Positions 9,600-18,595 of a DNA stretch of 64,000 nucleotides are shown here, one piece after another. The notes below the pieces were generated by a model. That model did not search any database. It was not told the DNA's origin and saw only the letters and a program-made list of their open reading frames with translations. Source of the DNA: a virus (lineage: Duplodnaviria; Caudoviricetes); IMG/VR virus record IMGVR_UViG_3300027764_000007, positions 6,515-70,514 of that record; one strand, given 5' to 3'. Numbering within the stretch: the stretch's first letter is position 1; each line of letters starts with the position of its first letter. A program made the translations under genes and the position numbers.

Positions 9600-11671
9600 T
9601 ACCAATTGACTCTCCTCAGATAAAAGTTGGTCCACGGGCCTGTATGGGGGTCTACCGTACTGTATTGAAATTTTGCTACATGGGCGTCAGAACCATCGGT
9701 AGCACCGCTGGACTGATATATGCTGTCGATCCAGTGTGTATGGATTAGTGGGGCCAGATCGGCATAGGTGTACCCATCCAGAAAGTCTGCGTTGAGTAGA
9801 TCCACCTTTATGCTATTGTTTATGGTCATTGGCCCATTGACAGTTAAGGCAGTAGCGCCGCCCGTAGCGACCGCTAGAATGGCGGTACCTCCGGTTGCAG
9901 TTGCTTCGCCCCGTACACCAACGTGGACGCCAGTATTGCCATCCACGCCAGCACTACCATATAAACCAGATGAGCCGTATAGACCTACGCCCCCAACTGC
10001 ACCAGCAATGGCGTGCATTGCGGCCAGAACACCTGCATGGGTCTCACCCCCTGTTGCGATGACTCTGCCGGCTGTTTCGATATCATCCTTGAATGTGGCC
10101 TTGCCTGTCGTAGCGTCCAATACAAACGTGTCAGCTCCAGTGACAGAGCTACGCCCAACAATACCTTTTGAGGTAATCGCTACGCCGTAGCCACCAGCTG
10201 CAACAACACCATCAACATCCCAGTCAATTGTGCCGATCTTCAGCCCGCCCTCACCAGCGAGCACGTTCTGTACTGCCAGCCCCATCTTCGTAGCCAAGCC
10301 AGTGGTGCCATGGATTACAGATGCGTAGGCAGAAGCACCTTCGCTTGCCTCCCCCGCTACGGTAGACAAGGCCGTACCGCCGGCACCAATTCTCAGGCTA
10401 TTGGAGACGTAAGCAGTTCCCGTTACCGCATCCACACCAAACGGAATAATCGGGGCGTACAACTCCCAGCCACCGGTACCCGCTGCAGTGGATCTGAAAT
10501 CCTGCTGGGTACTTGGTTTGTACCAAGTCTCTCCGACAGTAGTTGCAGTAGGTGTACTGTCTTGTATGTAGTCAGAAGCAGCCAATAGAGCGAACTTATC
10601 TGCCTGTACAATGAAGGCAGAGGTGGGTGTCCCATCAAAGTCAGTTGCTGCCAGCCCTATACCAGCGATTGCATTGCCTGCGCTTACCTTTAATGTGTAT
10701 TGAGACTCTAGCCCGGTAGCCTTGCTGGCAGTTACGCGCATTACTTGTTCAAGTTGGGCGTACTGCTCAGTGCCTATCAGTGACCAAGTAGTACCATTGG
10801 AGCGGTATAGCACCTCTTCCAGAGCAGCTGCAGGGTCTACGACACGATAGTATTTACGCTTGTCGGCAGCAGCTGCAGAGACAGCAGAGTTTAGCGCAGC
10901 GTAGGTTGCGTAGGCTGCACCAGGGGATACAGGCAGTAGGTCTTCCGGGTCAACCTCAACCAGTAATCTGGCTTCCATGTTGATGATGTCACTGGCCATT
11001 GCTCCGTCTGCATTTGCACGAACTAGCTGCTCAGCTAGGATAGCCCCGGCATTATCGTTATACATGGCGTAGGCCAGATTCACGGAAGCAACCAAGGCAC
11101 TATCAGCGTTTGTTCTGGCAATTACCTCAGCCCCTAGGAATGTATTCAATCCTGCCATATCATCCGACAGAGAGGCGTAGAGGTCTGCCATCGCATCCTC
11201 CCCTGCAGCCCTGTATGCAGCCTCAGCAGCCAAGCCCCCTTCTACAGAGAATATGGTAGCTATCTTGGCACGCAAGGCAGCGCTGAGCGCACTCTCCAGA
11301 ATCGAATCTGTGAACAGATCCAACATGCTGGCAGCACCGGCCCCCACCAAAGCAGAAGCTGGCCCAATGGGGTCTCCCACAGTGCCTTGCATTGATACCA
11401 GCCGGATCCAGTAGTAATAAGTGGTCGCGGTAACAGGTATCACTGGGTCAAAGAAGTAGTTTCCCCCTATAATCTTATGTTGCGCCGCACCAGCAAAAAC
11501 ATTTGCAGTGCTGCGATAGATTATTGTGTGCGCTACCCCGTACCCCAACACAGCCGGGTATGTCCAACTGAGCGCTACCCCATTCAAGACAGTCTGAGCA
11601 GTGAGCACAACAGAGTTTAAGTCTGGATCGCCCGGTAAAGGGAATGATCCGAAACCAGTACCACAAGTCAT
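9599..11671 (-). CDS. Tail protein with DUF1983 (TipJ C-terminal-like) segment
   Basis: SQYTLKVSAGNAIAGIGLAA...SAFIVQADKFAL; N-terminus MTCGTGFGSFPLPGDPD; C-terminal LNADFLDG fibre motif. Confidence 0.75.
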   Translation of the reverse strand: MTCGTGFGSFPLPGDPDLNSVVLTAQTVLNGVALSWTYPAVLGYGVAHTIIYRSTANVFAGAAQHKIIGGNYFFDPVIPVTATTYYYWIRLVSMQGTVGDPIGPASALVGAGAASMLDLFTDSILESALSAALRAKIATIFSVEGGLAAEAAYRAAGEDAMADLYASLSDDMAGLNTFLGAEVIARTNADSALVASVNLAYAMYNDNAGAILAEQLVRANADGAMASDIINMEARLLVEVDPEDLLPVSPGAAYATYAALNSAVSAAAADKRKYYRVVDPAAALEEVLYRSNGTTWSLIGTEQYAQLEQVMRVTASKATGLESQYTLKVSAGNAIAGIGLAATDFDGTPTSAFIVQADKFALLAASDYIQDSTPTATTVGETWYKPSTQQDFRSTAAGTGGWELYAPIIPFGVDAVTGTAYVSNSLRIGAGGTALSTVAGEASEGASAYASVIHGTTGLATKMGLAVQNVLAGEGGLKIGTIDWDVDGVVAAGGYGVAITSKGIVGRSSVTGADTFVLDATTGKATFKDDIETAGRVIATGGETHAGVLAAMHAIAGAVGGVGLYGSSGLYGSAGVDGNTGVHVGVRGEATATGGTAILAVATGGATALTVNGPMTINNSIKVDLLNADFLDGYTYADLAPLIHTHWIDSIYQSSGATDGSDAHVAKFQYSTVDPHTGPWTNFYLRRVNW

Positions 11672-11849
11672 ATGCCGCCCAACCAATTAAAAAAGTTGAG
11701 CTGTTATACAAAACCCCCAAAACTTTTTCTGGGGATATTTCCCAGACATCAATAAGGGATCAGGAATGGAGACCGACGCGCAGCGGCGGAGGGTCCATGA
11801 CGCCAATTCCTTATTGGTGGCGGCAGGAAGATGATCTGCCGGTAATAAT

Positions 11850-11927
11850 CCATAACCTAAACACTCCCGCCTCCTTGCTCGCTCGTCGCTGCGCTCCTCC
11901 TCGCGGGGCTGCGTGTTTAGGTTATGG
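11850..11927. repeat. Long hairpin element, copy 1 (15-bp perfect inverted repeat, TCGCTGCGCTC core)
   Basis: CCATAACCTAAACAC (11850-11864) / GTGTTTAGGTTATGG (11913-11927); core at 11886-11896. Confidence 0.9.
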
Positions 11928-11942
11928 TCACTGGTTTTGAGG

Positions 11943-11961
11943 GGTAACTCCGTTACCTTGG
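11943..11961 (+). promoter_or_regulatory. Putative N4-type vRNAP hairpin promoter
   Basis: GGTAAC-TCC-GTTACC (template loop GGA closed by C:G, as in N4 P2); with loop centre 11950 as -11, +1 falls on G 11961. Confidence 0.55.
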
Positions 11962-12116
11962 TAGAAAGGGCGAAGCCCATCCCGTGCGGGGCGGTCTTCA
12001 GACTCCCTGACCGAGTGGCATGCAGCCGCTTGGAGGGTATATATATAAGCAGCCGTTTTTGCCATTGATTTATAAGGAGTTTCAAGATTCGTGCCAATTA
12101 CTACACGATAGATGAT

Positions 12117-12485
12117 TTGTCGGATTTTACAGAACACTTAGGTAAAGCACGCGCAGACAGGATTCGTTATCACCAAGCCGGGGGCAAGCAGCACAAAGCC
12201 CCTGGCGTCAATATCCCCAACACGGTGATACAGAGAATCCAAAATATTAGCTCTGCGTTTGATGGGCCAATAGAGAACATCCTACACACGGCCTGTATTC
12301 GTGAGGCAAACCGTATTCCCCTCAATACCGGCAGACTTCTTAACGTCCTGCAGTGTATTACGCTGATCAACACCAGAGAAGTACAAACCATGATGAACTT
12401 GGACAAAAGGCAAGCAAGCGAGTATGTCCGTGCCGCCAAATTTGCTATCCCTTTCATCGAGAAGGCTTTCCCAGATGACTCATGA
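12117..12485 (+). CDS. Hypothetical protein with possible C-terminal HTH
   Basis: 122 aa; INTREVQTMMNLDKRQASEYVRAA is HTH-like; start codon uncertain. Confidence 0.5.
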   Translation: MSDFTEHLGKARADRIRYHQAGGKQHKAPGVNIPNTVIQRIQNISSAFDGPIENILHTACIREANRIPLNTGRLLNVLQCITLINTREVQTMMNLDKRQASEYVRAAKFAIPFIEKAFPDDS

Positions 12486-12690
12486 CATTTATACCCAAGG
12501 GGATCTCTTTGATATATCCCATTGCAAGCGGCAGTCAACTCTCAAGAGCTGGCTTCATATCAACGGAATACCCTTCATTCACGATGCCAAAGGACGGGTT
12601 ATTGCCCACAAGACAGCAGTAGAACAAGGCTTTGGGGTAAAGTCCCAGCAACTTCCAGTAACCCCCGCCATCGTGTTATCGTTTGATTAA
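12475..12690 (+). CDS. DUF4224-family small protein, putative excisionase/RDF
   Basis: YTQGDLFDISHCKRQSTLKSWLHINGIPFIHDAKGRVIAH matches the DUF4224 pattern; directly upstream of the integrase. Confidence 0.75.
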   Translation: MTHDIYTQGDLFDISHCKRQSTLKSWLHINGIPFIHDAKGRVIAHKTAVEQGFGVKSQQLPVTPAIVLSFD

Positions 12691-12714
12691 CCCCATTGAA
12701 CCAGGATACCCAAG

Positions 12715-13740
12715 GTGCCAAAACCACGCTTGAAGCAGAACCGTTCCCTGCCAAAGCGCTGGGCACTTAAAAACGGGGCGTATTATTACCTAGTCCCACC
12801 ACCAGAAAAGCCCGACTGGGATAATAAATCTTGGTTCAGGCTGGGCAGCACGCTGTCCGAAGCCCATGAGACCTACTCCAAACGAATCCACAAGAGCATA
12901 GCCACTGTGGTGACCATGCAGGATCTGTTTGATAGGTTTGAGTTCGAGTACCTCTCTACGCTCGCTGTGGCAACGAAACGCTACTATCTTTACGCCTTAC
13001 CAAGGCTACGTAAGATATTCACCACCACGCGCATTCCAGTAGCTGCAGTAGAGCCGTTTCACGCTTACCAGATGTCTGATCACCTGGCTAAGAACGAATC
13101 CAAGAAGATAGCCAAACAGTGTGCTGAGTGTCTCTCTTCTGCCCTGAGCTATGCAGTACGCATTGGAGCCATCAAAGCCAACCCTCTTATTGGGCAGTTC
13201 AAGAAGCCCACCACAGAGGGCAGGAACAACGATGTCACCGATGAGCACCTCATAGCCTTCGTACAGACGCTACCACGCAAATGGCAGCTCTACGTGATGC
13301 TGAAGCTGCATGCCAAAGGACGACGCAAGGGAGAGCTTCTACGCCTTATGCGCAGTGATCTGTTACCCGAAGGGATTAAGTTCACCAACAACAAGCGTAC
13401 CGATGATGTCTTTATCGTGGCTTGGACTGATCAGTTAAGGGCGATCGTACAGGAGCTGCTGGATGATGCTCCCCCAAGAATAGGAGATGCACCCCTGTTC
13501 TTTGGGAAACAGTACAAGGCCTACATCAATGAGTCAGGCAGTACCTCTGGCTTCGACTCTATCTGGCAACGCTACATGACCAAAGCAGTTACAGCGAAGC
13601 TGTGCAACCACTTCACTGAACATGATCTACGCCGCAAAGCAGTAGAGAATGAGACCCTTTCAGGGGCTGCACACCTGCTCCGCCACACGTCTTCAGCGGT
13701 GACGGCCAAGCATTACCGCCCCAAACCAGAGAGAATATGA
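12715..13740 (+). CDS. int: Tyrosine recombinase / phage integrase
   Basis: Catalytic set present: GRRKGE (R), NNK (K), EHDLRRK (HxxR), LLRHTS (H), TAKHY (Y); arm-binding-type N-terminus; next to a tRNA-derived att site. Confidence 0.93.
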   Translation: MPKPRLKQNRSLPKRWALKNGAYYYLVPPPEKPDWDNKSWFRLGSTLSEAHETYSKRIHKSIATVVTMQDLFDRFEFEYLSTLAVATKRYYLYALPRLRKIFTTTRIPVAAVEPFHAYQMSDHLAKNESKKIAKQCAECLSSALSYAVRIGAIKANPLIGQFKKPTTEGRNNDVTDEHLIAFVQTLPRKWQLYVMLKLHAKGRRKGELLRLMRSDLLPEGIKFTNNKRTDDVFIVAWTDQLRAIVQELLDDAPPRIGDAPLFFGKQYKAYINESGSTSGFDSIWQRYMTKAVTAKLCNHFTEHDLRRKAVENETLSGAAHLLRHTSSAVTAKHYRPKPERI

Positions 13741-13791
13741 CCGTTTTTACCGGGCATCTATTAGACAAGCTGGAATCAAATAGACAGAAAC

Positions 13792-13816
13792 AAAAAAGGC
13801 ACCGATCAGGTGCCTT
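13792..13816 (-). terminator. Rho-independent terminator downstream of the tRNA 3' end
   Basis: Minus strand AAGGCACC-TGATC-GGTGCCTT followed by T-tract. Confidence 0.75.
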
Positions 13817-13842
13817 CTAAGTGCTTGATTTACAAGCTTATA

Positions 13843-13892
13843 TGGTGGGCCGTGTGCGACTTGAACGCACGACCAATTGGTTAAAAGCCAAT
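13843..13892 (-). tRNA. Partial tRNA-Lys(TTT), 3' portion only (attP core)
   Basis: Minus strand ATTGG-CTTTTAA-CCAAT anticodon arm, TGGTC, GTGCG-TTCAAGT-CGCAC T arm, ACGGCCC-A-CCA; no 5' acceptor strand or D arm upstream. Confidence 0.9.
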
Positions 13893-14078
13893 AGCCCTCC
13901 ACGCATTAAACCTTTATAAATCATTTAGTTACACTCTCCGTGTGTCTAATAGAATTTTGCCGCCACTGCCTGTAAGTCATTGATTTCCTTGCCCCACATT
14001 ATGATCTATTAGACAGAAAAATCAAATTTTTTCTGCGTAGACTCCTGCCCAAATTACTCACCCCAAAAGGAGAAACCA

Positions 14079-14573
14079 GTGTCACCAAAACCCCACTTAC
14101 TTATCTTGGGCCACACCCAACATGGCAAAGACACCCTGGCAGAGTTGCTCCACACATTGTACGGGCTGTCTTTCATATCATCGAGTCTTGCAGCCTATGA
14201 AATTGCTGTAAAGCCGGCCCTGCAGAACATCGTGCGGTATGCCAACTCTGCTGCCGCACTGGCTGACAGATTCAGCTACCGCCCAGAGTGGAAAGCTGCC
14301 ATCTCAGCGTACAACACCCCAGATAAATCCAGATTGGCCAGAGAGATACTGGAAACCAATCAGATCTACGTTGGCATGCGCTGCAAAGATGAGTATGCCG
14401 CAGCCAAGAAACTGTTTGACCTTGTGCTATGGGTACATCGCCCAGGGCAACCGGCTAATGCCAAAGACCTCACCATCGAATTCAACCCAGCTGAGATGCA
14501 CAGCGTCATCAATGTTGGGGAGCCAACCCAGATGGCTTACCAGGTCAAAAGGCTAATCAACAAAGCCACATAA
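14079..14573 (+). CDS. P-loop protein, deoxynucleoside monophosphate kinase-like
   Basis: LILGHTQHGKDT Walker A variant; IYVGMR; GGAG RBS with GTG start. Confidence 0.6.
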   Translation: MSPKPHLLILGHTQHGKDTLAELLHTLYGLSFISSSLAAYEIAVKPALQNIVRYANSAAALADRFSYRPEWKAAISAYNTPDKSRLAREILETNQIYVGMRCKDEYAAAKKLFDLVLWVHRPGQPANAKDLTIEFNPAEMHSVINVGEPTQMAYQVKRLINKAT

Positions 14574-14637
14574 ATTTCCCAGAAAAGTTTTAACCCTCTC
14601 TATACGCTCCATTTCCCACACAAAAAACGGAATAATC

Positions 14638-15615
14638 ATGGCCTCATATACCAATATGACCGGGGTACCCTTGTCTGTCGCTGTTTACCTTGCAACGGAC
14701 AATTATGACTACGACGCAAGCGCAATATCCGCAACATCCCTAATCAAACCACTACGCCAACTTGTACTGTCTGCCAGAGTTCCCGCTGGAAAAGACGCAG
14801 TAGATATCCTCTCGGTAGTGAAATCCCGGACAGGCTCTGCCATCCATGATGGCATCGAGCGGGCATGGAAAGGTAACTATCATCAAGCAATGGAACTGCT
14901 GGGGTATCCGCAAGAGATCCGTGACCGCATCAAGATCAATCCAGATCCCAAGACATTAACCATGCACGACATTCCTGTGTACATGGAACTCCGTTCATCA
15001 CGGGTAATTGATGGGCAGAAAATCTCAGGTAAGTTTGACTTCGTGGCAGAGGGCCGAGTTGAAGACTTCAAAACTACCACAGTCTTCACTTGGATCAATG
15101 ACACCAAGACCGATGATTACAAACTGCAGGGCAGCATTTATCGCTGGCTTAACCCAGACATCATCACCGAAGACCACATGGCCATTCAGTTTATCTTTAC
15201 CGACTGGTCACCAGGCAGGTCAAGTGAGCCAAGTTATCCCAACAGGATTACTGAACAAAAGCTCATCCCCCTGATGTCCCTACAGGATACTGAAGAGTAC
15301 ATCCGGCACCGTCTTGCGACCATCAGACATATGCGCAATCTTCCTCAAGAGGAGTTGCCACAATGCACAGATGCTGAGCTATGGCGCAGAGAGCCGGCTT
15401 ACAAGTATTACCGCGATCCAACCAAACGTGTACGCAGCACCAGAAACTTTGATGATGCTGCCTCCGCCTATGCCTACAAAGCCAATGAAGGTAAAGGGGA
15501 AGGCATTGTTGTTGAGGTGCCTGGTGAAGCGGTTGCCTGCAGATATTGCAAAGCATTCCCTGTATGCACACAGAAAGATGACCTCATTGCCAATGGCTCC
15601 CTGAAACTTCAATAA
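14638..15615 (+). CDS. PD-(D/E)XK nuclease-like protein (N4 gp42-like)
   Basis: ISGKFDFV...VEDFKTT...YKLQGSIYRWL, C-terminal CRYC..C; synteny with N4 gp42. Confidence 0.85.
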   Translation: MASYTNMTGVPLSVAVYLATDNYDYDASAISATSLIKPLRQLVLSARVPAGKDAVDILSVVKSRTGSAIHDGIERAWKGNYHQAMELLGYPQEIRDRIKINPDPKTLTMHDIPVYMELRSSRVIDGQKISGKFDFVAEGRVEDFKTTTVFTWINDTKTDDYKLQGSIYRWLNPDIITEDHMAIQFIFTDWSPGRSSEPSYPNRITEQKLIPLMSLQDTEEYIRHRLATIRHMRNLPQEELPQCTDAELWRREPAYKYYRDPTKRVRSTRNFDDAASAYAYKANEGKGEGIVVEVPGEAVACRYCKAFPVCTQKDDLIANGSLKLQ

Positions 15616-15624
15616 GGAACTCCG

Positions 15625-17772
15625 ATGAAACCGCTTGATGAAGTCCCTTTCCACCCACTTACAGAAAAGTTGGTGAGTATCCTGTGTACACGAACACAAA
15701 ATACGAACCCCATGTTTTTCCGTGTGCATGTTGCGTATTACTGGGCACTCGTGGCCTCCATGATGCGCTGCAGTTTGCTCACCAAAGACCGCGGGAAACT
15801 CCCAGTAAATCTGTATGCCATTAACCTTTCTACCTCTGGCTCAGGCAAAGGTTACTCAACCAATGTCATGGAAGAACAGGTATTGGTCCAATTTATTGAG
15901 CGCTTCACTGAAGAAACTTTTCCGCTCATGGCAGAAAGGAATCTCCCTATGCTGGCCAATAATCGTGCGATACGCAAAAGCACCGATCCAGATGATGAGT
16001 TGGAGCGTTGCCGCAGAGAGTTTGACTCCCAAGGGCCACTGGTTATCAGCTTCGATTCTGGCACCACTGCTGCAGTCCGGCAGGCACGCCATAAGTTGCT
16101 AATGGCCAATGGTGGCTCCATGAATCTGCAGATTGATGAGATAGGTTCCAACCTCATGGGTAACGTGGAAGTGCTCAACACTTTCCTGGAACTCTATGAC
16201 GTTGGCCGCATCAAAACCAAGCTCATTAAAAATACTGCGGAGAACACCCGACACGAAGAAATCTCCGGCAGAACTCCCACCAATCTGATGCTATTCGGTA
16301 CGCCGAGTAGATTGCTCAATGGGGGCAAAGCAGAGGACGAATTCTACTCCATGCTGGATACAGGCTACGCAAGACGTTGCCTATTCAGCTACAGTAGAAA
16401 TCACACGCGTGCTACCAATAAAACTCCCCAAGAAGTATTGGCTGAACGCATTGACACCACTACGCAAGGCTTCCTCCAACACCTGGCAGATCACTTTGGC
16501 GCTCTCGCAGATATGTCCAACGTGAACAAAGATCTGCCAGTTCAGGATGATGTCACGTTGTTGTTCATTGAGTACCAGCTTGAATGCGAAAAGAAAGCAG
16601 ATCATCTTCCTGATCACGATGAAATGCGTAAAGCAGAACTATCTCACCGACACTTCAAAGCACTCAAGCTGGCCGGTGCCTACGCCTTTGTAGATAACGC
16701 AGCTGAAGTGACTATGGAGCATGCGTACCAAGCCATAAAGCTTGCAGAGGAATCCGGTAAAGCATTTGACATGCTGCTTACCCGAGACCGTCCATATGTG
16801 AAGCTGGCGAAGTATATCGCTGACATTGGAAGAGGGGTGACCCAAGCTGATCTGGTTGAGGACTTACCGTTCTACCGAGGCTCGTTAAGCCAGAAGCAAG
16901 AAATGATGCAGTTGGCCATTGCCTATGGTTATCAGAACAACATCCTGATCAAGAAAATGTTCAGCGATGGTGTTGAGTTCCTGCATGGAGAATCCCTAAA
17001 GCTGCTTGATCTGACCAAGATCATCATCAGCTACAGCGATGATATCGCTACAGGGTACGCCCCAGAGCACGCTCCCTTTGACAAGCTGCACATGCTGACT
17101 CAACTGGAAGATATGCACTGGGTAAACCATCACCTCAAAGGCGGTCATCGTAGCGAAGAGGATGCTATTGCCGGCTTCAACATTATCGTCATTGACGTTG
17201 ATGGGGAGATCAGCATGGAACAGGCACAACTCTACTTGCAAGATTACTCCTGCATGTTCTACACCACCAAGCGGCACACAGAAACAGAGAACCGTTTCCG
17301 TATCATCATGCCAATTGCGTATGAGCTGAAGCTGGATGCCAAGGACTACAAAGAGTTCATGTCCAATATCTTTGCTTGGCTTCCATTTGAAGTTGACGCT
17401 GCCACCAACCAACGTGCTCGTAAGTGGCTGACTCACCCTGGCTACTACAAGTATCAGGACGGTGACATTCTCGACCCACTCCCGTTTATTCCTAAGACTG
17501 CCAAGAATGAGGAGCGCAAACGCACTCTTCAGGATCAGCAAGCATTGGATGCACTGGAGCGTTGGGTACTCAACAACTCTGGTGATGGTAACCGCAACAA
17601 CATGCTTCTCAAGTATGCCATGTTGCTTGTGGACAGTGGTTTCACCTTCAATGATGTTCACGACAAAGTAATGTCGCTGAACGACAAGATGCCCGACAAA
17701 TTGGATCAAGCAGAAATTCTGGGAACCATCCTGAAAACTGCAGCCAAGGCTATTGCTGGGCGCGAAGATTAA
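15625..17772 (+). CDS. DNA primase (N4 gp43/Dns-like)
   Basis: 715 aa; SGSGKG P-loop, VIDVDG primase-polymerase motif, C-terminal GNRNNML; N4 synteny. Confidence 0.88.
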   Translation: MKPLDEVPFHPLTEKLVSILCTRTQNTNPMFFRVHVAYYWALVASMMRCSLLTKDRGKLPVNLYAINLSTSGSGKGYSTNVMEEQVLVQFIERFTEETFPLMAERNLPMLANNRAIRKSTDPDDELERCRREFDSQGPLVISFDSGTTAAVRQARHKLLMANGGSMNLQIDEIGSNLMGNVEVLNTFLELYDVGRIKTKLIKNTAENTRHEEISGRTPTNLMLFGTPSRLLNGGKAEDEFYSMLDTGYARRCLFSYSRNHTRATNKTPQEVLAERIDTTTQGFLQHLADHFGALADMSNVNKDLPVQDDVTLLFIEYQLECEKKADHLPDHDEMRKAELSHRHFKALKLAGAYAFVDNAAEVTMEHAYQAIKLAEESGKAFDMLLTRDRPYVKLAKYIADIGRGVTQADLVEDLPFYRGSLSQKQEMMQLAIAYGYQNNILIKKMFSDGVEFLHGESLKLLDLTKIIISYSDDIATGYAPEHAPFDKLHMLTQLEDMHWVNHHLKGGHRSEEDAIAGFNIIVIDVDGEISMEQAQLYLQDYSCMFYTTKRHTETENRFRIIMPIAYELKLDAKDYKEFMSNIFAWLPFEVDAATNQRARKWLTHPGYYKYQDGDILDPLPFIPKTAKNEERKRTLQDQQALDALERWVLNNSGDGNRNNMLLKYAMLLVDSGFTFNDVHDKVMSLNDKMPDKLDQAEILGTILKTAAKAIAGRED

Positions 17773-17825
17773 CTCGTAACTCAGGGGGGCTTCCTGCCCC
17801 TCTGGGAAAAGTAAAAAGGAGTTAT

Positions 17826-18554
17826 ATGAGTTCAACCGGTAACAAGAATATTGTCTTAGTCATGGGGCCACCCAACACGGGTAAATCCACCTCGCTCATG
17901 AAATTGCGAGATCAGGCCCACATGGTTTACCTCAACACGGATTTGAAGGCTCTGCCCTTTGCAGACAAATTCAAAGCCAATGTTGAAATATCTGACGCAA
18001 AAAATGTGTTGGATTACATCACTCAAATTGAGAGTGAGCCAACGGTGACAGGGGCAGTGCTCGATACAGTGACATTCCTGATGTCGATGTATGAACGCCA
18101 GTACGTGTTGCCTGCGATAGATACACAGAAAGCTTGGGGGGATTACGGGAATTTCTACCGTGAATTCATCCATGCGATCAAAGCAGGCACCAAGAACTAT
18201 TGCATCCTGGCTCACGAAGACCGTCAGCTGGATGAGGTAGCCATGCAGATGGTTTCCAAAGTACCTGTGAAAGGTGCTGTAGGGCGCATCGGCGTAGAGG
18301 CAGATTTCACTACAATCCTCTCTACAAAGCAGATGCCACTGAAGAAACTGGAGGGTTTTGAAAATGACCTCCTTCACATCACCGACGAGGAAAAAGAGGA
18401 CGGTTTCAAGTACGTTTTCTGTACCCGAATTACCAAGGAATCTGTCGGAGAGAAGATGCGATCGGCCATAGGATTGTGGTCACGCAAGGAGTTGTACATT
18501 GACAACGACATGGAGAAAGTCTTCCAACGTCTGAATAAATACTACGGAAAGTGA
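17826..18554 (+). CDS. AAA/Sak4-like ATPase (N4 gp44-like)
   Basis: GPPNTGKST Walker A, VLDTVT, ILAHE; synteny. Confidence 0.85.
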   Translation: MSSTGNKNIVLVMGPPNTGKSTSLMKLRDQAHMVYLNTDLKALPFADKFKANVEISDAKNVLDYITQIESEPTVTGAVLDTVTFLMSMYERQYVLPAIDTQKAWGDYGNFYREFIHAIKAGTKNYCILAHEDRQLDEVAMQMVSKVPVKGAVGRIGVEADFTTILSTKQMPLKKLEGFENDLLHITDEEKEDGFKYVFCTRITKESVGEKMRSAIGLWSRKELYIDNDMEKVFQRLNKYYGK

Positions 18555-18595
18555 GTTACCCGCAACACAACCATTCATAACTAAGGAGACACTTG

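Larger units (their letters stand above)
13757..14015. mobile_element. attP: attP region (arm-type repeats, IHF sites, tRNA-Lys core)
   Basis: TCTATTAGACA at 13757 (+), 13943 (-), 14005 (+); WATCAANNNNTTR matches at 13818-13830 (-) and 13973-13985 (-), one-mismatch copy at 13919-13931; tRNA core between them. Confidence 0.8.

Noticed and set aside
11850-11927. Protelomerase target / linear plasmid prophage
   Set aside because: The inverted repeat has a large asymmetric interior rather than a continuous palindrome, and no protelomerase is present.
13843-13920. Complete phage-encoded tRNA-Lys gene
   Set aside because: The sequence upstream of the anticodon arm lacks the GGGCCGT acceptor strand and a D arm; it is an att core, not a full tRNA.
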